A stretch of DNA of 64,000 nucleotides from Rhina ancylostomus (Eukaryota): the NCBI GenBank assembly GCA_030265395.1, contig JARFYF010000002.1:41134302-41198301 (forward strand), written 5' to 3'. The translations under genes and the position numbers were made by a program. Below are positions 25,397-36,325 of the stretch, one piece after another. The notes under the pieces are model-generated. The model did not search any database and was not told the DNA's origin. It saw only the letters and a list, made by a program, of their open reading frames with translations. How positions within the stretch are numbered: position 1 is the first letter of the stretch; every line of letters starts with the position of its first letter.

Positions 25397-27120
25397 CTGC
25401 GGATCGCAGAAAGCGGAGGGGAGGAAGAGAGAGAAAAACACAGACAACAACAAAATGGTGGGTTATTGAAACACCCAGGACATAAGAGGCGACATGTACA
25501 CAAAATGGCCCGGCACTGCTTACGTATTGTAGTGAGGAGGAGGAAAGGGGGTGGTGGTACTGGGGCTTTGTTTCTGCAGCCTAGGCTGCAAGGAAGGCGA
25601 AATGGGGAACGGGCACGGCTGCAAGATCATGGACACAACACACCTGGGAGCAGGCTCAGTGCCTCTGTTCCCATCGGCTACAAACAATAAACCCCCATCT
25701 TTTTGAAAGCACAGAAACCAGGGTCTAATGATCACTGAAATAGAACGATGTCCACCTCTCCGCCGCCCCCCCCCCCTTAAGTTAGTTCATTTTTGCAGTG
25801 AAGGTAAGCAAACGATATTACACGCCCATNNNNNNNNNNNNNNNNNNNNNNNNNNNNNNNNNNNNNNNNNNNNNNNNNNNNNNNNNNNNNNNNNNNNNNN
25901 NNNNNNNNNNNNNNNNNNNNNNNNNNNNNCCCCTTAAGTTAGTTCATTTTTGCATTGAAGGTAAGCAAACGATATTACACGCCCATTCAAACAGAAGGCA
26001 TGGTTATGGGCGATATTCAACATTTTGCATTTTAATGCTCGATCATGCCCCCTCCTGGACAAAGCAAGCACCCTTTTGCAACTGGAAACAAGCGACCTGA
26101 GGAGGGGGTGGGGGGGGACTTTTGTCCAAGTGTTCCATTAGGTGCTAACGTGCAGCGATGCCATCTGCCCGTGTTTGTATTTGGAAGGGGAGGGGGGCGG
26201 CGTTGGAAGAGGAGGCGCTCAGAGCTAGCTCGGGCTGCCGCTAGGAGGCGCCCCTGACCATGGTGTTCGGAGCCCGGAGCCACTCGCTGCACCGATAGCA
26301 GGCGGTCTAAGTCCAGCCTGGATCAGCAGCCACCGTGACGCGCCAACCAGGACCTGCTCACTTACACATACAATCAATGTGGGGGTAAAAAATACCCAAC
26401 CCGAGTTCAAGTTATTGGAGCCTACGGCTCCGATTCGAGTCGCTGGTTATCCCATAGTTACGATGGGTTCGGTGTGATGCCACTGTCACCAAGCAGCACG
26501 GTGATAGAACCACACCAGCAGCCCGCTAGTGCTGGTTACGGGGGAAACGTGCTTTTTAAACCCTACTCGAAAGGCGTTTCACAAATTTCACTGCCAAGTC
26601 CATCAACTTCGTATTGAAAATATAATGCCAGTACCACAAGCCAGACGAAACTCATTCTAACAACCAACCCCTTCAATAGCCCCGCACTTAATGTAGCAAA
26701 ATTGTTCTGGGCATAACCAATTGTGAAGGATTCTATCAGGAAAGCCCACGTCGAAGCAACAACTCATTCTATCAACCCTTACCGCGCGAGGCCAGATACT
26801 TTAGCCCCATTCTGCATTCAAAAACATTTATTTTTCGCGATTAAGACATTAATTTGGTGTTAACCGTTTCTCATACAGCGGGGGTGGAATCGTCTCTTCC
26901 TCAACCATTTCGTTCAACAATATTACCAAACGATAAAAATCGTACGGTAAAAGGGTTCGATTGAACCCCAAATATCGGTTACTCCTTTTGCAATGATTAT
27001 CCACATTTCTACTACAACGAAGTTGCGGGGGGGGGGGGGAAGAAAAAGAGCTTTGCAATGAACCCAGTGCCTCTAAAAAATCCAAGGAAAATCTAAATCT
27101 GATACAAAATGAATACAAAC

Positions 27121-27219
27121 CTGCCCGTTGGTTTTAGAAGGCGATCCGGCAGCAGCTTCCCCGGCTTTTTCAGCCACAGTTTCGCGATTTGCAGCGTTCT
27201 TGGAGAATTGGGCTCCCAT
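27121..27219 (-). CDS. MARCKS: MARCKS coding exon 1 (N-myristoylation motif)
   Basis: AGCATGG Kozak context; MGAQFSKNAANRETVAEKAGEAAAGSPSKTNGQ (33 aa); CAG|GTTTGT donor; a phase-0 intron splits the MH2 motif NGQ|ENGHVKVNGD, as in known MARCKS genes. Confidence 0.97.
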
Positions 27220-27439
27220 GCTTGTACAACAAAGAAACTCCCAGCCAGCGAAAGAAAGAAAGCGAACAAAGACGCCTGGCTTTTCAATGCTACACACACA
27301 CACGGGGACGGACAGACAGAAGGAGGAGTGGAGGGGGAAAAAAGCTGGATCACACCCCTAGAAAAAAAACTTTTAAATTCTCTGCAATCAAACCTTATGC
27401 AGAGCAGCACGGAAAAAAAGGGCGAAAAAGGCCACGTTG

Positions 27440-27660
27440 CAATGGTAATAAAAAGATCCTAGATTTGTAGCTTTTGCTTTTCGACAAGGGGGGAAAATGG
27501 AGAAATCTCCCTGAGCGCTAATAACATGCAGAGTCCAACGCCCAAATGCATAGATGAATGGGCTACTTAGCAATGACGCCAACCGAATCCAGCCACCTCC
27601 AATCACAGCCGTTCGAATCCAGCGCTCCGCCAATCGCAGGCTACGAGGGAGGGGCTTGCA
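27440..27660 (-). promoter_or_regulatory. MARCKS proximal promoter and transcription-start region
   Basis: Two CCAAT boxes (27599-27603 and 27630-27634, + strand), a TGACG half-CRE (27574-27578) and no evident TATA box; no ATG on the coding strand between about 27520 and the start codon. Confidence 0.65.
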
Positions 27661-27786
27661 ATTGTAGCAAACAATCAAGAATATTTTCTCGCCAAATATA
27701 TTGCTGAAAAGGTGCAGGGAAAAATCTGCGAATTCTTACTGGTTACATTGGGTTGCACTAGATTTGGTATGAGATGCAAATACATA

Positions 27787-27848
<62 letters not shown>

Positions 27849-28013
27849 ATAGTGGNNNNNNNNNNNNNNNNNNNNNNNNNNNNNNNNNNNNNNNNNNNNN
27901 NNNNNNNNNNNNNNNNNNNNNNNNNNNNNNNNNNNNNNNNNNNNNNNNNNNNNNNATTCTCACTGGGTACCTTGGGTTGCACTAGATATTGTATGAGATG
28001 CAAATACATCTGG

Positions 28014-28062
<49 letters not shown>
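27787..28062. repeat. (TG)n(TA)n(CA)n microsatellite, present on both sides of a 100-N gap
   Basis: Seen directly; the flanking sequence is duplicated across the gap. Confidence 0.9.
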
Positions 28063-29036
28063 ATAGTGGCATGCTAAATAGGTTTAAAGTGCTTTCCCTG
28101 TCTTGGATTAAATGGCTTCACACAGCTAATTGGGTTTCAATCAAGGATGGTAATTTCTGATGCTGGCGATTTGTGATCTATCTTACTGATCATAGTGCAA
28201 AGAAACAAAATGCCCGGAAGAAATACACACAGGGACAGAAAGCATTTCTATTCGCCTCATCAAGAAACTTGTTTAAACATTTGGATTACCATTCCTGCGT
28301 CTAATAGCCAACAAAATAGCCGCCGCCAACGAAAATATGTTCATCAAATGGCGTCTCTCCCCTGAATGTGTTTTATGCTCACCATTCTGCTGATAGGGAA
28401 ACACGCTTCGTTACTATGTTACAATTGTCTGACTGCATCTCTTGTGTGGACTCTAAAATGGGAAGAATGCAGTATGCATTTTTTCTATCCCTTTTCTCTC
28501 TCTCTTTTCCCCCCATTTACTTCTACAAAGAGGGAGAAAGGTTCAACTTTGGATTCCAGCCGATGAAGAAGGAGTACGTGAAGTGATTTGTTAAATGTGT
28601 TTCTCCACCAGTGGCATTGGGCTACAATTGGATCTGCTGCTCTCGCTACGGTGCCGGAGTCTGCTTTTCTGGTCGGCTGTCTGTGATGTCCGGAGAGACT
28701 CGCCACACATTTCGTAGCTTAAACAAATGACTTCGCACTGACGCGTGGATGAATTATTGATTGATTTCCTCCTGTTCCTCCACCGTTGGGCTGTAAATAC
28801 ATTCTGCACAGGGTCCTGGCGCTCTGTGCGAGGACGTAACTCCCTAATGTAGGTGATGTCTCTTGGACCGACGATCCACCTATTTCTATGGGCATTTCAG
28901 TCCCGTTTGCTCATCGCTCCCCATCCCTCCGCCCCCACCACCCCCCCCCCCCCACACACACACACACACACACGACGGAGTCTGGGCTAATGTGAACCCA
29001 AGCTCTTTGCCTGATTCCATAGGAAAAGAACTGCTG

Positions 29037-29050
29037 GTTGCCATGGCAAC
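29037..29050. promoter_or_regulatory. Perfect palindromic RFX X-box
   Basis: GTTGCCATGGCAAC. Confidence 0.6.
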
Positions 29051-30369
29051 TTCCTTCAACCCAAGGATGACCCGAAGAGAAGGAACGAAGTGGATAAAAC
29101 CTAAAAGCCGGGCTCTGAGNNNNNNNNNNNNNNNNNNNNNNNNNNNNNNNNNNNNNNCGGCTTTGTGTATATTGAAGTGACATTGATTGGATTGGGACAC
29201 ATGGCTCGGAGTGTGAAAGATTTTAACTGTAAGCGTTTTTGCACACAGTGAGGAACAGCAGCCCGAGGTTTTGCTCCCACCCTTCCCGGCTCTCCCCCTC
29301 ACCGCTCTGAGTTCACCCGCAAAGGGTTAAAGTGGGGTAAGATCATCGACCGCCAGGCGAAGGCAGAAAAGGCTTTTATGGTTGGTAGCTGCCACCAGAT
29401 TTCTCTCTGGAGAAATGATCTAATCAATATTTGGTCCAACAAACCACGTCAAAACAAGGCGTCGAAAAATAGTGCAGCACTGTTGTTTACTAATCACTGC
29501 GAAATGAATATATCTGTGGCAAAGAAGTGAGGGATATTAGATACGAAATGGAAATGGTTTGTGTTTACGCAATCTTGCGAGTTAATTTGATTTAAATTAT
29601 GCCAAAAGAACAATGTCAAAATATCAGGGAAAGCTGTTCTGCATGTATTTTGATTGATGTTTATCACAAATGAGAACTGCATCAGCAGAAATAAAAAAAA
29701 TAATTAGTGTATAATTATATTTTGCTATTTAATGTAAATTTCACATAGATATACTATCCCCCTCTCAAATTTATTCAGAATAGAAACAGTCATGTGTAAT
29801 CAAACATGTTTATACAAATGAAAACGGCAGCCTAAAACCTGATGTCAATTTTGCTTGAGTATCAGATGGATTTCAGACTAAAAGTCACACTAAAATAAAT
29901 GCCACTTTCAGAATTATAAGATGGCAATCTTAAAAAGTACAAGGAAAACCTCCTCACACTGGACCCTCGTATTATTTTGTAATCAGCTAGACATTTCCAG
30001 AAGGATAGGTTGAAAGGTCTGGATCTGGAAGACAGGTTTCATTTTACTTAAAATCTGGTGTTATTACTAACTATTATTCTTTCAGCTGGATCATTGTTTC
30101 AAGTTTCATAATAAGTAAAATCGTGTTTTCTTGCATGAAATTCAATTTTTAATAAGTATTTTGGGAGCTATATTCTATTTACAATTAGTCCTACTGGTTT
30201 ATTAGTGTCTGAGCACGTCAAATTCCATTTTATTCCAGTTGGTATGAGCTTTAAGCCTTCTGCAACTTTCCTGTGAAAACAGCTATCAGTGATCTTGCTC
30301 TTTTTCAACTTGTGCAACTTGCTTCTTTCATGTTTTAATGTTACTTACTCGTCAATAACTTGTAAGGAA

Positions 30370-30700
30370 AGACAAACATTTATTTATTTCAAAGCACTGT
30401 TGAAGTATGAATGCAGTTGCAATGCAGAAAAATGGAAGCCAAATTGTATTGCAAGGTACTGACCACAAATTGGAGTACAAGAATAACCAGATAATGTTAT
30501 TTTAGTGGTCTCTTAGAAGGAAAGCATTGGTGAGGACATCGCTCCAATGCTTTGAAGAAGGCATGTGGAATTTCTTAAATCTACTTGGGAGAGCAGAAGA
30601 CAATGCAGCATTGGAAAATCAGCCCGAAATGCTTGTGCTCTCTTTTTGAGAGTTGAATCCAGACTTTCTGACTCAGAGGTAAGAATGCTAAAACTGAGTC
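30370..30700 (-). mobile_element. DeuSINE/SacSINE1-like SINE, old copy
   Basis: Reverse-strand similarity to 16210-16560, ending in a tRNA-like head (TTTCTGACTCAGAGGTAAGAATGCTA). Confidence 0.5.
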
Positions 30701-31469
30701 CCACAATGACAATTTGAAGAACAAGGCTTCAAAAGTCACAAAGCATAATAAACACGATAACTTAATTCATACTTTAAAGATGGGTTTTAAACCAGTGTGG
30801 ATTTGAAAATAGATAACACCTTGCTTCATTTATGGAAATATGGAAGAGTCACTGATTTATTTCTACAAAAAGGGAACATGTGTACTCTTTCACCTTTCCT
30901 ATTCAATCTCTTATTGCAGATCTTAAGAGATGCAAATCCTATTCTCCTCTCTACTCTGAAAGGCAGTGACTATCTGTTTGCTTTTGAAAATTTGATTTGA
31001 AAATTCTCATACTTGCTTTCATGGTTTCATCTTCCCTATCTCTAGAATCTCCTCCAGCCCTCTTATCCCTCTAGTGTTCCCAAGCACCTGTAAATCTGAC
31101 CTCTTCATGATTCCCAAACTTAACTGCTCTATCATAAGTATCTTTGGGTGTTAAACCTGAAAGCTCTCAAAGTCTGTTCTAAAATTTCCCTGCCTAACCA
31201 CCACTTTCTTCTTTGATGGCCCTTTAAAACCCAACTCCTCAAACAAACTCTTGTCACTTGTCTGAATATCTTCTTATGTGGCTTGCTGAGAAGGTTTATG
31301 TTGAGAAACAAACAATGTTGGGGAATTCTATTTAAATGGAAAATGTTGCAAGGTAAAAATAGTTGAAAAGTTTATTTACACACAGAGACAGTAAAATGAG
31401 AAAATTACCAAATTATCAAATTACCAACTATACAAACAACATTACACTATAGAATATTAGAATACCCTT

Positions 31470-31905
31470 TCTGAAGAAACTGGATTGGCTAGGTTTTTTT
31501 CCTTGGAGTGGAGAAGGCTGAGAGTTGGGGGATGGGGTGGGGAGGAAACCTGGTATAGGTCCACAAAATCAAGAGGAATGTACATAGGGTAGACAGTAGT
31601 AAATTTTTCGCCATAGCAGAGGTGTCTGTAACCAGAAGCATGGGTTTAAAGTAAGAAGTAAGAGGTTTAGCGGGGATATAAGAAAGATTTTATTCATTCA
31701 GATGGTGGTTGGAGTTTGGAATCCACTATCTGAGAGGGTAGGAGAAGTAGAGACTCTCACAACATTTAAGAAGTACTTGAACTTCAAGCACTTGAACCAT
31801 CAAGGCATAAAAGGCTATGGACCAAATGATAATAAATGGGATGAGTGTAGATGAGTACTTGATGGTTGACATGGTCAGGGTCTGCTTCTGTGCTATATGA
31901 CTCTA
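31470..31905 (+). mobile_element. CR1 LINE 3' fragment
   Basis: EETGLARFFSLEWRRLR, TRSMGLK and VVGVWNPLSERV remnants. Confidence 0.65.
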
Positions 31906-31989
31906 TTTTTCTTTTCCATTTGAATAATTTGTGAGATTTATGGACAGAATAGGGTTTTAGAATGCAATGATTCACGTGGATGATTTTTG

Positions 31990-32790
31990 TCTTCTTAGGC
32001 AGTCCCTTGGGGATGAGAATGAGTTTCTTCCACTATAGTTCTTTGGGTTCTGAGGTGCATAATGAGCCTCTTCGTCCAGAAGCTTGCCAGAGGTAGGGCA
32101 GATGGTGTGCAACAGACTGGGTGGGTAGGTGGGATGTTTGTTTTGCTGTGCGCTCCTCTTGCTGATTGCACTTGGCCTTTACGTGGTCCTGTCAGTGGGA
32201 CCTGAAATGCTTAGTGCCTCATCAGCAGTTTGAGCAGTCATTGGGAGGGTCAGGGATNNNNNNNNNNNNNNNNNNNNNNNNNNNNNNNNNNNNNNNNNNN
32301 NNNNNNNNNNNNNNNNNNNNNNNNNNNNNNNNNNGGAATGACTTGCCATGCAGAGCTTGAAGCCGAGTGCTTTTTTACAGGAATCTATAATGGATGATTG
32401 GCCCACCAACGAGAGGTGGTTGAGCAAGATCATCACCTCAATACTGGGAATGTTGAACAGGATGAGGGCCTTGACATTGGTTTGCTTATCCAGTCAATCA
32501 TACTGGAGGATTTAACAGAGAAAGTAATAGTGGTACCACTCCAGTACTTTTAAATGCTTGTCATATGATGTCCATATCTCTCAAGCAAACAAAAGTATTG
32601 GGATCACCATGAGCTTGAGTTTGATGCCTTTTTGTTCTCTCAGGCTCCAATCTCCAAGGTGGATTGGAGGCAGTGTTTGAATTTTCCATCAGTCGCTGCT
32701 CTCTGACAGGATGCTCCCAGGATATGGGAAGTGGATCCCATTGGTCAGGGTCCTGTCATAGAATTTGGTTCTTGTGGGGTTGGCATTGGG
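31990..32790 (-). mobile_element. RTE-clade LINE 3' remnant
   Basis: Same 3' end as the copy at 6560; reverse frames give YLGSIL and DKQTNVKALILFNIPSIEVM remnants. Confidence 0.55.
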
Positions 32791-32809
32791 AGTGGTTATG
32801 CATTAGTCA

Positions 32810-33100
32810 AAGTTGAGTTTATTGACACTTGCACAAGTACATGTATGAACAGGTGCAATGAAAAGCTTACTTGCAACAGTATCACAGGCACATTGTATCA
32901 TACAAGCTGCATTAAGAGAAACATAAATTAAACACAATTTTAACATGAAAGAACATAGTTAGAACAAAAAAACAACAAAATCCATTTTAGGGCAAAGTGA
33001 TCAAAGTGGTCATAGTGTTGCTAAACTCAAATGGTTAGGGTTGTGCCGGATGGTTCAAGAACCAAATGGTTAAAGGGAAGTAGCTGTTCTTGAACCTGAA
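32810..33100 (-). mobile_element. LINE 3' tail (Rex1/Babar-like subfamily)
   Basis: GTCAAAGTTGAGTTTATTG..GGTGCAATGAAAAGCTTACTTGC..GGTTCAAGAACC..GGGAAGTAGCTGTTCTTGAACCTG; a related piece lies at 62975-63043. Confidence 0.6.
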
Positions 33101-33209
33101 GCACATTTATTTTTCTGATGTTTAACATAAGGCCCCCCTCTTGTCCACTTCAATGAAGCATCCTCGACTTTCTTCTTGGGAAACCACAGTCAGTACGGAT
33201 CTGTCGTAA

Positions 33210-33632
33210 CATCTATTCACTGACGATCAACACAGGCACACCTCAAGGATGTGTGCTTAGCGCACTGCTCTCTACACTCATGACTGCGTAGCTAGGCACA
33301 GCTCAAATGCCATTGATAAGTTTGCCGATGACACCACTGTTGTTGGCAGAATCTCAGATGGTGATGAGGAGACGTACGGGAGTGAGATAGTTCGGCTGGT
33401 TGAGTGGTGTTGCAACAACAATCTCACACTCAACATCAACAAGACCAAGGAACTGATTGTGGACTTCAGGAAGTGGAGGTCGGCAGAACACACACCAGTA
33501 TTCATTGACAGATCAGCGGTGGAAAGGGTGAGCAGCTTCAAGTTCCTGGGTGTGAACATCTCAGAGGATCTATCCTGGGCCTAACACATTGATGCAATCA
33601 CAAAGAAGTCATGCCAGTGACTCTACTTCATT
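33210..33632 (+). mobile_element. Rex1/Babar-type LINE reverse transcriptase remnant
   Basis: INTGTPQGCVLSALL..HDCVARHSSNAIDKFADDTTVVGRISDGDEETYGSEIVRLVEWCCNNNLTLNINKTKELIVDFRK. Confidence 0.88.
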
Positions 33633-33808
33633 NNNNNNNNNNNNNNNNNNNNNNNNNNNNNNNNNNNNNNNNNNNNNNNNNNNNNNNNNNNNNNNNNNNN
33701 NNNNNNNNNNNNNNNNNNNNNNNNNNNNNNNNACCCATCACCTCCTTGTGCCCACCCCGCCTCCCCTCTTTTGTCCACCCATCACTGCTCTGCTTTTCCC
33801 TCCTCTGT

Positions 33809-34066
33809 ATCGGGAGGGAACTCCCCAGAAGCAACTGGTGACTAAAGCGACCAGTCACAGCTGCGGTGAAGAAGCCTCAGCACTACTGACCCAGCACTGT
33901 GGCTCTGAAGGACATCCAGGGCCAGCAGAAATCGGAGTTGCTCCTCCGCAAACTGTCCTTCCAAGGTCTGGTGTGGGAGATTGTTTAGGACTTCAAGATA
34001 GACCATTGGACCCAGAGCTTGGACACCATGAATCTGCAGAAGGCCAGCAAGAATTAACTGGCTGGG
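33809..34066 (+). pseudogene. Histone H3 pseudogene fragment (canonical H3.2-like, about residues 10-102)
   Basis: TPQKQLVTKA, then after a frameshift [69 protein letters not shown]. This aligns to H3 [83 protein letters not shown]. Confidence 0.9.
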
Positions 34067-34366
34067 CATCCATCATTAAGAATCCTCACCACCCGGGACA
34101 TGCCCCCTTCACATTCACATTGGGGAGGAGGTACAGGAGCCTGAAGACCCACACTCAATGTTTCAGGAATAACTTCTTCCCCTCTGCCATCAGATTTCTG
34201 AACAGTCCAAGAACCCATGAACACTACCTCATTATTCCTCTGTTGCATGACTTATTTATTTTTGTAACTTATAATTTTTATTTCTTTATGTCCCACACAG
34301 TACTACTGCCACAAAACAATAAACTTCACAACCAATGTCAGTGATCATAAACCTGACTCTGATTCT
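34067..34366 (+). mobile_element. Rex1/Babar-type LINE 3' end
   Basis: ASIIKNPHHPGHAPF..GRRYRSLKTHTQCFRNNFFPSAIRFLN; tail AAACCTGACTCTGATTCT. Confidence 0.85.
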
Positions 34367-34773
34367 AAATCAACAATGGATTATTTCACCCTCCAAAAGT
34401 TCCTAAATGTAAACATTGCCTGAATAACTTGGGAGATTCATGAATGAGATAGAAGCTCATGATACATTGCCTCATGCCTAATTCGTTGGTTAATCTCACA
34501 TAGTTCAGTGTTTCAGGTGAATAGAATTTGAGTGAATGAGGCGATGTTTTTAGAGTAAAAAGAATCATGGATGTCATTTCCAAAACTGCCTGAGTACTTT
34601 CAAAACCCTGCTTCTGATGGGTTGCCTCAACCCGCTTATGTGTGTATTGAGTATTTGGTACCTTCTCTCATAATGATAATATTTTGTTGAAATGACTGAG
34701 TCAAAATTGATTGTGTGCATACATCCAAGTTGATCTTGGTAGGTGAGCATATCCATGAGAAGCATAATTTCAC

Positions 34774-34960
34774 AGTAGTGTAGCAGTTGGCGTAACACTG
34801 TTACAGCGCCAGTGACCCGGGTTCAATTCCAAGTTGTGGGCATACTATGTTGGCGCTGGAAGTGTGGCAACACTTGCGGGCTGCCCCCAGAACACTCTAT
34901 GCAAAAAGATACATTTCACTGTGTGTTTCAGTGTACATGTGACTCATAAAGATATCTAAT
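34774..34960 (+). mobile_element. tRNA-derived SINE (HE1-like family) lacking the central V-domain
   Basis: The head GTAGTGTAGCAGTTGG..CCGGGTTCAATTCC joins directly to AAGTTGTGGGCAT; compare 63826-64000. Confidence 0.7.
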
Positions 34961-36224
34961 CTAGCTCTGTTAACTATTTTTCTCTTAAGATTTTGTGGTA
35001 GCCATCGGTGATAATCTATGAGTTTACTTTGCCCAGTCTGTAAACTTGCATTTATTAGCATTTCAAAGAGAAATAGCCAGACATCAAACCAACTTTGACT
35101 TAATTTGTTTCTGAATGCAGGCCACGACATTAACAATATGGCTAGCTGTCTGTCATTGAATGTTTGTTATATCTGGTAAGCATTTTGAACTGGTTACTGA
35201 TGCAGAAACAAAGAAGCTATTTCATTCATCAAAATCCCTCACTTCCCTCTCTAGAATTCAGAAATGTGCTTTATCTGATGCAGGATCAACATTTATCCTG
35301 TTGTTAAATCAAGGAACAAAGAAATCTGACAATTTCATGTATCTATTTGAATCTCGGTTCACAATTCGAGAACCTTCAGACTGAACCTTCAGAAGTCCAC
35401 AAATTACTGAAGCTTCAATATTACAATTTGTGACATCAGAATCATTGGATTGAACCACTGGAACCACAGTGTAACAATACAGTAGACTAGACTGCATTAT
35501 TGGTCCTATGGGACATCAGAAGTTTTGGCCTGATTAGTTGATTCTATTCAGACAGGCTGAGCATTATTGTGTTTCTTTGCTGCTCTCTATATATCAGTAC
35601 AAGATTTATTGCTGTTGTTTCCAAAGACTTCAGGGTTGCTTATAAGGAACTTTTGTTTACCCTTGTGAATTACTAAGAATTTTAAAAATGTTAGTTATTT
35701 CAACAGAAATTGACTGGACATTATTAAGCCTGATTGACAAGGAAGTAAATAGCTACTAATGCCCAAATAGTTAACAATAGATAAGAAATAATAAATACAG
35801 GTTGTACATAGAGTGAGGATGTAGCTAAAATTCTTAAATTCGAACAGTTTAGCTGTGTCTGTGCGCAGAAGACAATTGCTATTTATGACTGGGATCTATC
35901 TGGGATTCTATAACTGCATTCAACTTTTGAGTTTAGAAAGTTTCTTAAAACATCTATCATGTTTAGTGTTCTTTCACAACAAATATGTTCTCACTATTTG
36001 GAATAAAGATACACTCAAAAATATCATTTGGCAGTTGTTAGGGATGGTTTACCCATGTGTGCTCTGAATATTCAGCGTCTTGCTGGAATAATATTCTGGA
36101 AGTGCTTATTGCTTATGGTACATTACCAAATGGTCATTCATATGCCATTCTATGCAGCAAGTGTTGTCATGTTATTCGACTGGCAGATATCATTGCCAGA
36201 TTAAATCTTGCATCCATCCAGAGA

Positions 36225-36325
36225 CATTCCTGATGAAAGATCTTGACCCGAAATGTCGATTGTTCATTTCCCTCCATAAATGCTATGTGACCCGCCGAGT
36301 TCCTCCAGCTCCTTTGTGTGTTCAC
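36225..36325 (+). mobile_element. Penelope-like repeat fragment with the best-preserved hammerhead core
   Basis: CATTC-CTGATGA-AAGATCTTGACCC-GAAA-TGTC-GATTG followed by the family block CCGCCGAGTTCCTCCAGC. Confidence 0.6.

Larger units (their letters stand above)
24550..29470. promoter_or_regulatory. CpG-rich domain covering MARCKS exon 2, the intron, exon 1 and upstream DNA
   Basis: CpG is visibly abundant here compared with the strongly CpG-depleted flanks (observed/expected ratio not computed). Confidence 0.7.

Noticed and set aside
25397-25453. Hydrophobic 'signal peptide' MLLSVFFSLFLPSAFCDPQ at the start of the 335-aa ORF
   Set aside because: It is the translated polypyrimidine tract and splice acceptor of the intron.
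24722-25690. Long antisense ORFs (322 aa and 237 aa) overlapping MARCKS exon 2
   Set aside because: Expected shadow of GC-rich, Ala/Glu-biased codons; non-ATG starts and no recognisable domain.
27220-27303. In-frame GTG-initiated N-terminal extension of MARCKS
   Set aside because: The start lies in a (GT)n tract, nothing supports its use, and it would mask the Gly2 myristoylation site; the ATG has a strong Kozak context.
25775-28070. Direct duplications flanking 100-N gaps (25775-25986 and 27740-28070; also near 9600, 13000-13460 and 19850)
   Set aside because: Near-identical sequence on both sides of scaffold gaps indicates unmerged contig overlaps or haplotypes, not biological repeats.
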